61,066 nucleotides of DNA from Coniocarpon cinnabarinum (Eukaryota): contig JAVECO010000145.1 in assembly GCA_051942205.1 (NCBI GenBank), forward strand, positions 1 through 61,066. Direction: 5' to 3'. A program made the translations under genes and the position numbers. Every line of letters starts with the position of its first letter. Positions within the stretch are counted from its first letter, which is position 1. Of this stretch, positions 22,391-35,295 are shown piece after piece. The notes below the pieces were generated by a model. It saw nothing but the letters and a program-made list of their open reading frames with translations, had not been told where the DNA came from and searched no databases.

Positions 22391-22989
22391 ACGAGACATA
22401 ATGGTACGAGACGGAAGCCAGACGAATTTGTATGAATATGTCACTGCATTGCGGTGGAGTTTGGAGACAGCAGTGGATGATAATGCAATAGATACCACTG
22501 GATAGAGCGCATCTTTGTGAATACAAGCGCCTTCGACATCTTTGTGGCCTGCAAACACGCTCTTGTGTACTCCGGAGATCTCCCCGCCGTGCATTAACCG
22601 GTGACAGCTGATAGACAGGGTGCAGGAGATGAACATTGGATGAGAATAGTAAAAGTGAAGGTATCAATCCCTGATTCGAGCAGCCGGTGACGCCAGGGTC
22701 CGAATGGGGAATCACCTCCCAACTTTCCATGTTCCCTGTGGTCATTTGCCCATTCGTCGCACATGCGCTCGCTCCTCACTCTGCTCCCTTTGACCCATCC
22801 TTTGCCAATGCTTCAGCACCCTCGAGACCTTCGCTAACCTCAAGCTCAGAATCGTCACTCGCTTGCCCTCAGCTATAACCTCTCAGCCTCAACTCCCATC
22901 CAGCTACTCCGACCCCCCAACCAACTTTATTGAGCAAACATCAAATCAGAGCCTCCATCGCATGCTTGCTCGGGCCCGGCGCCATCAAT

Positions 22990-25900
22990 ATGACCTCGTT
23001 CGCGCAGGCGTTCTGGTCCAATGACTACGCTGGTGGTCTGGGCGTGCTCTTCGGCAAGCTTCAGCAGGGCGTCCAGGAAAACCAACAGATTCTGACCGTC
23101 GCTCGCATGCGCGCCGATGCGGAAGAGCTTTACGGCCAGCACATGGGTGACATTGGCCCCGCGTGCGATAAGTACACAGACGGCTTCACTCGGGACGATG
23201 GGGCAAGTGTGAGAAAGGTAAGGCTTGCGCCATTTCGTGTGAAGAGGCTGGGCGCTAAACCCGGGTGAAGGCATATGATGGTGTGCGCACAGAAATGGAG
23301 CAAGCATCGATCAAGCACCGCAAGATCGCAACCAACATTCGTGAACTTGTCGTCTACCCGTTCGGTCGTTGGTGCGATCAGCATGCCAATCGGGTCCAGA
23401 ATTCACAAGACGAACTCCAAGCACGCATCAAGGCACATGACAAGCAAGCCGACTGGGTCCGCAAGCTGCGCAGTGCATACTTTAACAAGTGCAGATTAGT
23501 GGAAGATCTTGAAGAAGAAGACAAGCTCGCATTTCAAGAGCCCACCAAGAGTCCTCCCGCATCAACCAGCCCAAAATTAGATACCCCGACTGTGAAGATT
23601 CACGAGCCCGACCCAGATGAGGATGAGAAGCCTGTTTATGAAATTGGTGATGATGTCTACGAATATGACCAAATGAAAAAAATACTTACACATATGCTGA
23701 ACAATGTCCGACTGGGCGAGACCAAAGTGCCCATACTTGGCACCTATCAGAATGTCTCCACTGGCTCTGAGATTGTCGAATACATACAGAAACATCTCAA
23801 TGGAACAAGCATCTCCTACGCAGAGCGAGTGGGACAGGATCTTGTCAATTGTGGCTTTTTACGGTTGATTGGCAACGTGGGCAGTGTCTTTGCGAACAGC
23901 TCACGTATGAATTACCAATGGCGAACGAAAGCTTTCCAGATGACCGGAATGCCCGAGAAGAAGCAAGTAATTGCTCGCTCGTCGACTCTGACATCTAATG
24001 ATGCGATGGACGGCCCAGTCAGCACTGTTCGAGAATATCTGGAAGGCTGGAATCCCTTGAACAACCCATATCCGAACGAGACACCAGGTCAGAAGCTCCG
24101 GAGAGAAGCCCGAGAAGCTGATGAGAAATACAAGGCTGGTGTACGGAAGCTCGATCTGCTACGCTGCACTCTTGAGGAAGCCATGATTGAGCACCTCAAA
24201 TTCATGGAGCGATGCGAGCTGGATAGACTGAAGGCAATCAAATCGGTCATTCTGGATTTTTCCGGCGCCGTGAGCAACGTGATACCCAGTTTGCAGAGCA
24301 CTGTCGACAAGATGATGCTTTTCCAAGAGACTGTGCAGCCCCTTGGCGATCTGAGGTATATGCTGGAAAACTACCGGACGGGGCCATTCATCCCCAAGGT
24401 TCAGCCGTACGAGAACTACTACAACTCCGTTGCCGGTAAGTCTGACGACAAGTCAAATTGGATCAAAGCGTTTCACTAACCACAATCTAGATCAAACATT
24501 CGGCATTGACCTCGAGGCACGTGCTCGTGCCGATAAGAAGCGGGTTCCGCTTCTCGTGACCGGAATCCTCACGCACCTTGACAACACCTACCCTCTCCTT
24601 GACGGCGACGAAGCTCGTCAATCTATTTGGACAGTCGACGTTCCGCTCGCTGCGACGCATCGTCTCCGCAACGACATCAACACAGGGCAGGCGCCATCAC
24701 CTGCCGTTCTCCAAACCTACGAGACTCCCATCGTTGCCTCAGTCCTGAAACTCTACCTTCTCGAACTTCCTGATAGTATCGTCTCTTCCAGCCTCTACGA
24801 AATCATCAAAACGATCTACACATCTCCGACCACCGCCTCCGATGACCAAACCGAGACTCGTGTCTCCGTCCTCCAAAACACGCTCGGCCAACTCCGTCTC
24901 GCGAACATTGCCACCCTTGACGCCCTGTGCACTCATTTCGCCCGCCTCATTGACCTCACTTCCGCTTCAGACGACTACGTTACCAACCTAATTACCATAC
25001 TGGCCCCCTGCGTCCTCCGCTCGCGCACTGAATCTGCCATGCTTTTCGAAGAAAAATACAACGTCCGCTTCCTGAAGGATCTCCTCGCCCATAAAGACGC
25101 CATCTTCGGTGAGCTCAAACGCAGCGCCACGCTGCAGCATTCAGCGTCTGTCGCGCGAGCCCAGTCCACAATCGGCACGCACCTCTCCAACTCGCACCAT
25201 CCCTCCGCTAAACCAGAGTCAGCCATGACCGCTGCCGGCGCCAGCATCGGACGAGAAATCTCACCCGACGGCAACCGCGCCCGTGCCATTTCGACGGACG
25301 AAAGTAATCGTCGCGCCCACATGGAGGAGCGCAACCGCGCTATTGCGTCTCGTTCGCGTGCAGCGTCCCCTGCGCCAGGCTCCCGCGAACATTTCTCACC
25401 TTCTGATACCAATCACCTTGATTCTGCTGCTTCTCAGAGTCATGGAAGTCGCCATAGCTTCTCGTTGCAGAAGCCGAATCATCGACGTGATTCGAGTCGA
25501 GGACCGGAGACCAGATTCCCGGTTGCGCCGTCGGGTCAGCATGCTACTATCACCCGTGCACGTGAGGGTTCAACGCCGGACAGTCCCAAGGGGTTGAATT
25601 CGCCGAGGACGGTGCCGAGGAGTGTTAGGGATAGTCTAGAAGTACCTGGCAGTCCGACCAATGGCCTCCCGAATAATGGCGTCGCGAATGGAACCACTGC
25701 TGCAAGCAATCCCAACATGTCGGCTACGTCTGGTCCTTTCGCCGTTCCTGCTCATGCCCCTACGAATTCTATGTCGGATCCGCCGCCTGTGCCGCCGAAG
25801 GAACACCGCTCCAACACTCTCGAGTCGGCGGCTGACGACCGGAGCACCCATAACGCGGCTATCGAACGCGAAGGGCCTGAAGTTCAGAAACAGAACAGTC

Positions 25901-26046
25901 TGTCGCGCGGCAAGATTGTGGGGCGGAAGGGCACATTGGAGGGCGCGAAACGCAGTAGTCTGGGGAGTTTAGGAGGTGGAAGTGGGAGAGCCAGTCTGGA
26001 GGAGAAGAGGGGCGTGGAGCTTGTGGATAAGCCGATGGATGATTGA
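22990..26046 (+). CDS. F-BAR/DEP/RhoGAP protein, Rgd2/Rga8-like (2 introns)
   Basis: SFAQAFWSNDYAGGLGVLFGKLQQG (F-BAR), DEP region ERVGQDLVNCGFLRLIG, GAP motifs VASVLKLYLLELPDSIV and LDALCTHFARLI. Introns at ~23218-23270 and ~24437-24491. Confidence 0.9.
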
Positions 26047-29000
26047 GCGCTCGATAAGATACTTTCAAAGATATGACGCCACTGTTCTCTAACGGTCGTG
26101 CTCTTAAGATCTTTCGCCAAGATGCGGCATCTCAGCGTCTGCGTCTCCTGTGTAAGTAGGGTTGCGATCGGAATACTTCGTGCTCGCACATTGCTGGAAT
26201 GCAATGCCATGGCCATGAGCTCAAATACGAACTTGTCTTCTAGCTCGTCTTCATTATTGATTCGTCCATACCAACCTAATGATGCTTGTAGCCATACTGA
26301 GGACTTTGTGCTAGGCTCAGGGTCCCAGGCGCCTTTCACAAAACTGATATTGCTCCCACAGATGATACGCTCCCATGACGGATATTTTGGCTCGGAAATG
26401 CTCCTCAAGAGTTATCAGCAGACTGCGGCAGACGACCTGAATGGATTGCGAGCAGACTGGTTGTGTCTGACTTCCAGTGAATATTTGTGGCGGGCTTACT
26501 TGGTCGTACATAGGTCCAAATAGGTAGGGGATCGATAGGAGGTGATGTTGCTTTATCATTTCAAGAGATACAGGATGAAACCCGTAGACTTTGCATAGCT
26601 GTCAACTCGTTTACTTTAATGATGCAATATGTACTACAACATAGAAAGCTTCACGTTATCTGTCGCTAGCAGCAATGGCCACTGTAGTCGCAATTGGAGA
26701 GCTGAATGTGGTGTTTCTTTTTTTGAAGTTGAAAAGCTCTCTGTAAACCGCGTGATTATCACGCTTTGGCCGTACATAATCACGGTCAATAGACTGGATC
26801 TTGCGATATGCGTAGTGATCTCGTTGCTAAAGCAACACGCAAGTGAAATTAACGTGCCTTCTAAGCGTCTTCGGTTCTTGCGCGGGGCGAGGAAAATACA
26901 CAACGACTTTGCAAATTATGGCTCGTTCTACACAGATAGACGGCAGAGGCTTTGCAGGAAGCACTCACCGCAATTATCCGGCATCCAATAAGGCGTAAAA
27001 GCCTTTCGCTGTTATATCTGTAGCTATTGACCTGGACGCTTCTGATTGCAGAGGCTCGCATTCCAGAGTAAATCCTGCTAATGATCAAATCTTGCAGCGA
27101 TTGACGGTGACGCTTCCCGCTATCAGATCTAACTTCTGTATTGGATGAAATGTAGTGGGGGTTTGCAAAGCAACCTTAGTACGTGCGATCTGCGTGCCGG
27201 CGTGAAGAAACTGTGTGTAACCTCTTTTGTAAGGTGAATTTGCAGCTGGTATGCTGTAGTCTGTCCATCTCCTGTCTTTCGTTGAGAGTGTCGAGAAAGG
27301 CAGATTGCGTGTCTATTGAGAGTCGTGGTGATGTAATGACAATGTCCTAACACGTGCGAAAGTCGAAGAGGGGTTGAGATCTGTGAACAGTCCGTGTTTC
27401 ACTGCTGTATGAACTCGTGAGTGGCGCACTGCGCTAGATCAGAGCGAAGAGACCAGCTTTCTAAGGTTTCAAAGTAGTAACTAAAGTACGCAGCCTATAT
27501 TGACCGTTGCGGTTACTACAACCTTCTTGATCTAGAATTGAGGCAGCGTGCGCGGCAGTAGAAAATAAGTGGGGTCAATAAGAAGGTAGAAATGAGAGCG
27601 GTCAAGAAAGAGAAAAAGGCGGGGAAAGCAAAATGTGGTAAGCAAAGAGACGAATAACCATCAAAATATCTAGGGAAAGACCAAAGAGCGGGTGCGTTGC
27701 AAGGGACCAAAATCAAGTGACCGGCACTTGCTCACGACGACTTTCTGTCTTCTTAAGCGCACGAATGAACAGGGAACGGCGATTGAGATTCATCTTCAGA
27801 ACTCGTTGATTGACCTAACGAAGCTGTCCGCGCGAGGGAGATAGATGAGGTTAGTCATTCACGGCCGTTTCTTCCTATGAGCAATGTTTGTTAAGAAACG
27901 TTTAATTAAGTGACATCATTTCGATTGTCGTAATGTAGGATTATTGCCTATCACTGAAGAAATATGCACGAAATAGAATCGAGTCGAGAGAAAGACTCAC
28001 TCAGAGTAAGCCTGGACTTTGGCGATATGCTGATGGTATCATCGTTGTTGCAGTTGGTAATTTAGGAATTAGTCGCTCTCAACTGCGTCTCGGAATTCAG
28101 TTCACACCGAGGCAGTTACTACTCCACTTCGCCAGGGATGCTGCAAAGATATTGATGGCGTTCGACGATAACACAAAAGTCGATGTCAAGCCATGAGAGC
28201 CCAGCTTATCTCCGTCTCTGGCGACGACGACACACCGAGCAACGGTTGCATACTACGAACCGAAAGACCTGACAATGCTAGGATCCCAATTATGAGCGCA
28301 GAGAGAATTACGGTGACTTTGTGGACTCACGTTTCGTTGGTACGCGGGACAGTACCCGTGCTGGATTCGAGGGTTTCGAAGGCGCATGCCGAGGAAGTAG
28401 GAGCATTCCCAGAATTCAGGTCTTCCACTGTTCGATCGTGTCAATGAGAAGGAAGCAGGCGGACAGACAAGAGCGGGAGAAAGGACGGAGGAATGAGTGA
28501 GGGCAGTTGAGGATTTGATGGACGAACATTGACTTACAAGGGAGTGCCGCAGCCACCACAGATATACTGCCACCAATAACACATTGTTTTAAGTAGCGTA
28601 AGCGTTCGGAAGCTAGGTTCGTATGACGTTGGTTGCCAGTTACTGAGTTCAGGATATCGGTAAGTTCTCGAGCAGAGGAAAAAAAGCGGATCCACAAAGT
28701 AGAAATAAGTAAAGAGTCGTGCACACGATGCCTGCGCCTTGGATGCATGACATAAATGTACGATCATATTGCTTGTGATGTTGGATTTTTGCGATAAGAG
28801 TAATCACTCTTAAGCAAACAAATCAAACGCGATGATCAGGTGATGTACTGGATGGTCATCACAGTGCGTCCACACCTCCGGCAATATCCACGCGTTCGTA
28901 AATACACTGTGTCCTCCACGGCGCCAACTTGTCAGTCAAACATGTGCAAGGAAAGATCTGAGGGGCAGTACCAACGTCATCATAGTAGATGCACTCTTCC

Positions 29001-29701
29001 GGAACCAAACCTGGATATATTGCCCTACAGGCTCGAAAGTAATTGCATTTGCGAATGCGGAACCCAAGCCTCCTCCTAAGCACTGTCAGAGACTAAGGTG
29101 CACGCGGGGTTGAATGCAAAAAAGAACTTACAAATAATTGCGGCACATGCAGCAGACATATCTGTAACGATAACACATGCTGCGATTCGTCCCTACTAAT
29201 TGCGAGAGTGTGGTAAGCCGTTTTGCTGTGGCTGTCTTCGTTGCGTATCCGTGAGCCGAATGGAGTCTGTTGAAGAGGTGATGTAGTTTAGCAACGCTTC
29301 CAGCGAAACATGGAAAACAAGTCGTGGAAGTTGGCATGATGCCAATCACGCAATCCTCCAAGAGTTTAAGAGCGCGCGGATACCTGTTTTCTTGTGCGAG
29401 AGGTGGTCTGTCTGCTATGTATTCGTTTGTCATTCAGGCAGCAAATGACGTTGGTGCGTATGACAAAATGCAAGCCTCGGGATGCCGAAAGCGCTCGTGA
29501 TGATGGCCATCATCACGAAATCCGTTGACAGAAACAGTGACGCAATGGAAGCTGAAGCAATTCGAAAAGTTGAATGCGGGACGAGTCGCCAACAAGTTGT
29601 CTTCATATGTCGCGAGACGTCCATACTTCTACGCAAACAGCGAATTCGTCAATCCCTGTAACTTACAAACTAAGCTGGTCCGATGAACCAGGTCCTACCC
29701 G

Positions 29702-30656
29702 TCAGGACGCGCTGCTGTCCGCCCAGTAGTCTTGCATGGTGTCATGTTCCTTACCCAAGTCTTTGTCTTTGCTTTGGCGAGGATCTCCGCTTCGATGACT
29801 GCTCACGTGTGAGTGTTGAGGTCGAGGCCGAAAACTGCTTCTGCGCTGATGAATGGTCTGTGTGCGATGAGTGCTCTCATGTCGACGGGTGGCCCCGTGC
29901 CTCGAAGGACTACGAGCTCGACGAGTGCTCTCACTACGGCGTGTGCCTTCAATTCGATGGAAGCTCTCTCTCCTATGAGCTCTTCTACTCTCGTACGCAT
30001 CCCTCCCCCGGCAAGCAAATTCATCATGATTAGAACTCTGTGCTTGAAGAAAAGTCCGATGTCGACGTTTTTGCGGACGCGCTTGTTCATCACGCATTCG
30101 AGCCTCAAGAGCGTGCTGGGGCTGCTCTCCTCGTTCTGGCCGGTGGTCATGTCTAACCTCGTGGCGCTCAGAATGTTTTCTTTCGCGTGAAGGCGGACGT
30201 CTGCGCGACTTCCCAACTTCTTGTTGATATTCATCTTGGGCCTTGTACATCTGATCTGAGACGTACTTCAGAGTTTTGTCACCCCGCTTTCGTCGTTCGT
30301 CCAACTCGTGTATTGCTATGTTTTCACTTTCCGTTGTGCTTTCCGGCCGAGTCAGAGCGTCGCATAGAGGACACAGATATGAGCTCTTGAGTGAAACAAA
30401 TCGCTGCACGGTTTACCGTTAGGTAGGCGTCATAAGCACTCTCAACAGCAATATAGGTGGAGCTTACCTCATCAGGGCATTGAGCCGGCTTGTAGTCGCC
30501 GACCCTTTTCAATTGATCATAGGCAATGCATTCTTCACGGGTTTCTCGACCGCTAGGAAACGTCAGCAAAAATGCTGGATGCCAAAAGGGCACAGCATCT
30601 TCATAGTACAAGAGGTATTTGCAATCGCGGCAGCGTCTTTGCCTGACAATGCACAT
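29702..30656 (-). CDS. Hypothetical protein with N-terminal Cys motifs and Arg/His-rich disordered tail (1 intron)
   Basis: Exon 30656-30468 (MCIVRQRRCRDC...EEC...QCPDE) joins exon 30403-29702 (RFVSLKSSYLCPLCD...) in phase 0 across a GTAAGC...CAG intron. Confidence 0.5.
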
Positions 30657-31319
30657 TACTTTACGAGATCCAAGAGTTTGCACGGCTTGCACATTCGATG
30701 TCTTTTCTTTGACTCTGCAACTTAGCTCGAACCTATTGATAAAAAGGACTGTTGCAAGTGTTGATGACAAGTAAGCCAGTGGATGAGCACGAAGCATAAA
30801 AAGCTTCGGCCGAGTCTAGTATGCCATGAGGCAAATGCCAGAAGCTGACCGAAGAACTTGCAGCAGATAGAGGCAAACGCGAAGACTTGGCCCAAAAACT
30901 GCTGATGATTGCCGTCATCTTGAAACCGAACAAGGATCAAAACCGACTCGACGTGTAAAGTGGTCATGAGCCAAGATGGTGGATGTGTTGAATACTCGTC
31001 TGCAAGTAGAAGGATAGGAAAGACAGCCTAAGCTTTGGGCACATCCATTTTGTACGTCCCTGATATGTCCATGATAAGGCTGCAACCTGCAGCATTTGAG
31101 CTCCTTGGCCATGTCGACGGCCATATTATCTGCAGAGCGTTGTTCTGAGAACGAAAGGTTGGGCTACAGTGTCACACGTGGAAAGAGAGACAGACTCATG
31201 CAATGTGTGGGTATCTGAAGATCACAAGTCGAATCACGGCAGCATCCCCAACACAAGCAAGGGCTCAGAGAAGTCAAAACCTGAATGCTATAAGGACTCG
31301 TAATTCTGTAGCAAAAAGT

Positions 31320-32609
31320 GTCAAAAGCATTCGAATAGGCGGAGGGAAGTCATAGGGAGTAAGTAGTTTTACTAGTGCCACAATCCCAGACCATGGCCCC
31401 AATTCCCCTGAGAGAAGTGTCTGACCCTAACCCTAGAGTTTAATCTTGACGAGGCCAATGTGCTCCTGCTCCTCTTTGGCCACAGATCCTTCCCAGAAGG
31501 ATCATGAAAAAGATGATCCAATGTGCTACGATTGGAAACCTGATAGGTATGACTAAGAATCGAGGCCCAAATTGATTCTCTCAAGGCTCTTGCTGGTGGT
31601 CAAGAAGCCGAAGCATACGTAAGGCGTGCTGCGAGAGGTTTCGTCACGAGCATGTTAAGGCCACGGACATCTCAAATTCAAGCATGACAGGTTTGTCAAG
31701 TCTAGCCGTTGATCTTTCATAAAAGTAGAGAAAATGTCAGCAGCAGAGTATGCACTGTCGTAAACGCCTCAGGCTTGCTCTCAGTAAAATGATCATTATC
31801 AGTGATATTCCACAATTACGTGTCTGACGTATGATTGGAGAGACTGGCTACTACTGTACTAGGTCATTTAAATCCAAGATTTGAGCCCTATACGATTTTC
31901 CCAAAATGGGTTTTCACCTCACACCTCGTCCTCTTACCCACCTCCCACCATCTCACATGCCAACATGCACCTTCACGATCGTCGATGCCGACTCTGTAAA
32001 TGTCACGAGACCCCCACGTGCTGCCACTGCTGCCCACCTGCTTGGCAGAGTTTCCAGCACCTTCCACGCACATATAAATATTTCTCTGCCTCCACCTCTC
32101 TTCCTCTTCTTTTCTTTCTCCCCGTCCTGCCCTTGGAGGCCGAAGCTTCCCCGGAGGCTGAGGCTTACCTTGCTCCGGCGAGGTCCCCAAGGGACGCGCA
32201 CAGGGCCGCTCTCGTCATCATTTCCCAGCTCAGGCGCCGGCACCGCGGGGTGAACGCCTTCGAGCAGGGGGTGCTGCGACACCGTAGGCCACAGCAGTAT
32301 CACGGGGACCCGCCTGATCATCCAAGTACCGGCCACGACTGACCATCGCGCCACCCGGGAAACGAGCGACCACCGGATGCCCGCGCCCAGCGCGCCTGCG
32401 GCGTTCGCGTCGGATGCGCACACGGGGGCCTGATCCGCCCCCGGAGCGGCCGCCAGCACGCTGAGCTGTCTTCCCTGGACCCGTCGCTCGGGCCGATGCG
32501 TCTCTCTTGAACTATTTGCTGGAATGGCGCCGCTGCGGGAAACGGGACGGCTTGGTGGTGGTGGCGAGGGCGCTCGGCTTGGGGTTTGGGCCTCCACGTG
32601 GCGCCGAGT
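31320..32609 (+). ncRNA. Candidate telomerase RNA (5' end uncertain)
   Basis: Template-like ACCCTAACCCTA at 31424-31435. GC-rich, self-complementary 3' domain at ~32130-32600. 5' splice site GTGAGT at 32610, branch point ACTAAC at 32642-32647, then ~70 nt with no AG. No convincing coding frame. Confidence 0.6.
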
Positions 32610-33376
32610 GTGAGTAGCCCCTTGGGACGCCATCGGGTGAAACTAACGCAAACCCGCTTTCTCCTCTGTTCTTTTCCTTTGTTCCTTTCTTTTTCTTTGG
32701 CCTGCTGGCTCACGAGCTGGCTTCCAAGGAAGAATTGTCTTCTTCTTAAACTTTTGATGTGATGTTCTTGTGTAAACCATTTTAACCCTTACTGGCAAAA
32801 TGTTGCTTCTAACGCTACCTATGCATGTTGCATCGTCATGGGCAGGCTTGTAAACTAGAGACCATCTTCCTTCACGACATAATGTGCATAGATTGCATAA
32901 TTTTGCGGTAGGCATTATTCTCTAAAGCTGTTGCGATAGGTCTATTAGCCAAAATTACTTTCGTCGCAGTAAAGCTCAGCACCAAGAATACTGAAGCACG
33001 ACCTCAAGAAGCGAATTGATTAGCCCAGCGGTAACAAGCATTTATCTATTTTTGAAATAACGTGGCAATCTTTAAGCGAGAACTTTGATACGTAATTCAA
33101 ATTAGATCTACGAGGAGGGACTCGCAGTATTTGCATTGCTACCTCTCGTACACTACCATCAGCCTCTGAGTCGACGAACCCCCTGCAGCGAGACTACCGG
33201 AGATGGCACAGCCTCTTCATTGATTCGAATTAGTGGTGGAAAGATATGCCAGTGTGGTCAGAGTAAGAGCAACAACTGAACCGATATCGTCATAGATTGT
33301 TATAACCGAGCCATCGACAACCGAATCACTGACCACACTGAGATAAGTCATTCCGGATCAAGAGCATGTCAGAAAG

Positions 33377-34897
33377 CTATTTAGGCTCTGGCTTTGGCTT
33401 TGCACTCGGCTGTGCACCAGGCCATGTAGGAACGGTTCCCGGAGCTCGTGGCTGTGTGGCGTCTGTTCGTGGAGTGGCAGCCTGTTCTGGTCTTGCCCAG
33501 CCCGGCACTTTGCGTTCTGGGCGTGACTCTAGCAATGGCCTCAGTAGGGCATCCCAATCGACGGCGTCGGGGGCCACTTCGATCGCGACTGGTTCGCCTT
33601 TTTCGTCGCGCTCATATCTCACAGGCTTCCCCCAATGGTGTCCGAAAGATGACGGAGCACCGTCATGCATGTGTTCGTAGAGGATAGACTGAACAACCCG
33701 CACCGCCGAGTTTGCTTCGTCGACTTCGCGCTGCATGGAGGCGTGCGAAGGAGCTTTCTTCTGATGGCGGTCAAGAATCCCACAGAAAGATCTCGCGGGA
33801 TCGAAGGGGCCCGTGAATTTTCGGTACTTGTCCGACAATGTTTGAAGGTCATACGCTTTTCGTTTGAGCCTGGCAACATTAAACTCGAGTCTGCGACGAC
33901 GACTGAGAAATTCCCACTCCCGCTTATCCTGCGAGTTGTCCTAGAGTTTGTCATTAGCACAATCGTCATACACAATCATCTGCGCAAAGGACCCTCGTGA
34001 TTTGCGGGAAGATCTTGCTTGATGCGGAGAGACAAATCAAACTTGACGTGAGAGACATGGCAGCACGACTGTACTTGTATCTTGCCACAAATCTGCACAT
34101 CGAAATGGATGAGATGATGTTTGACTTACCTGACTAACTGGTGCCATGTCCACATCACTGAATTGGGTCATCACTGCCGAAGCTTCAGTTGTTGCATTTG
34201 GTGGATCCATCATTGGCGGTGCCAGTTGTTCACGCAACAAGATCTCCCGGCTGCGATATAGTATGTTGATCGTCGCCCAAGGCCTGGCTGTGGCCATGCC
34301 GATAAGCTCATTGAGTTTTAAGTACTGTTCCGAGGTGATGCGCTCCTTCTGGCCGAACAAGATCCTCTGGTCAGGCGCATATTTCGCCTGACAAGGTCCA
34401 GGGGTTGACTTCCCGTCAGTATCATCCGTGAAAGAATTTGTGGCATGTATTTCGGTTTCGGGTGTGGCTTGATCCGAGATGAAACGGATTTGAATGCATC
34501 CCATGGCTGATGTGCATCGGTCTGTAGGTCTGTTTTTGCTGGAGGGATATACTTCCTCACATAACATTGATGACCAGCGGGCCTCGCGACGTATGAAAGT
34601 GGCCACACGAGAAACGATCTGGCGAATCTTTTGCCCGGTGTGCCCGTCTGAGCCATGTAGCGCAGCAAAGCGGCAGCATCCATCTATGAATATCTGAACT
34701 CTGACACGCATATCAGCAGGTATCTCAATACAATAATTGATCCAGACGTTGTATCCCGATGGAACAGCAGCGAAAGCATGGACGTCAGTGCCGTCCACAC
34801 GGTCCTGCGTTACGGGCGCTGGTCCACGCTCAGGTATCTCGAGATAGGCCACAGCCGACCAGCGCTGCCCGTCGTAAAGAGCTGTGGCTGCTGGCAT
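33377..34897 (-). CDS. Hypothetical fungal protein (spliced; start uncertain)
   Basis: A 286-aa ORF and a 153-aa ORF are separated by a GTAAGT donor near 34129. Motifs VQIFIDG, MGCIQIRF and PWATINILYRSREILL resemble a widespread uncharacterised fungal domain (DUF7918-like, from memory). Confidence 0.5.
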
Positions 34898-35295
34898 GTT
34901 GGCAAATCCTGCCTTTGCAAGAGTCTGTAGATCAGGCGCTCTTGCTTACGAGCGGTGGGATTGGTATGGAATTGAGCATGTAGTAAGGACAACGACGGAA
35001 GATTGGACCGGCTGTTGTTGTTCGTGCCTGTTGTGAACGTTGTTGAATGTTGTCAATTTGTGATCAACATTCCGTGGCGTAGTAGGGCTTTGAATGGCCC
35101 ATATTTAGACATCAAGCAGAAGCAAGTTGTAGAGGTGCGAGCGGACATTAATTTGGAGGCACAATGGTTGTGGTTTTGCATAGTTGCGGAGGCCATCAAA
35201 CTCTTCTCGCATTCATATACGCTGCTTTCTCACAGTGCAGAAGGACATTTCCTCGGACACTGCCAAAGAGCAGCTTCGCGATTGATCAAGCAGTC

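Noticed and set aside
25884..27353. Possible spliced minus-strand gene overlapping the RhoGAP 3' end
   Set aside because: I could not assemble a consistent reading frame or recognise a domain.
31881..32713. Overlapping 100-226 aa ORFs on both strands
   Set aside because: No recognisable motifs; explained by high GC and stop-codon scarcity in a structured RNA-like region.
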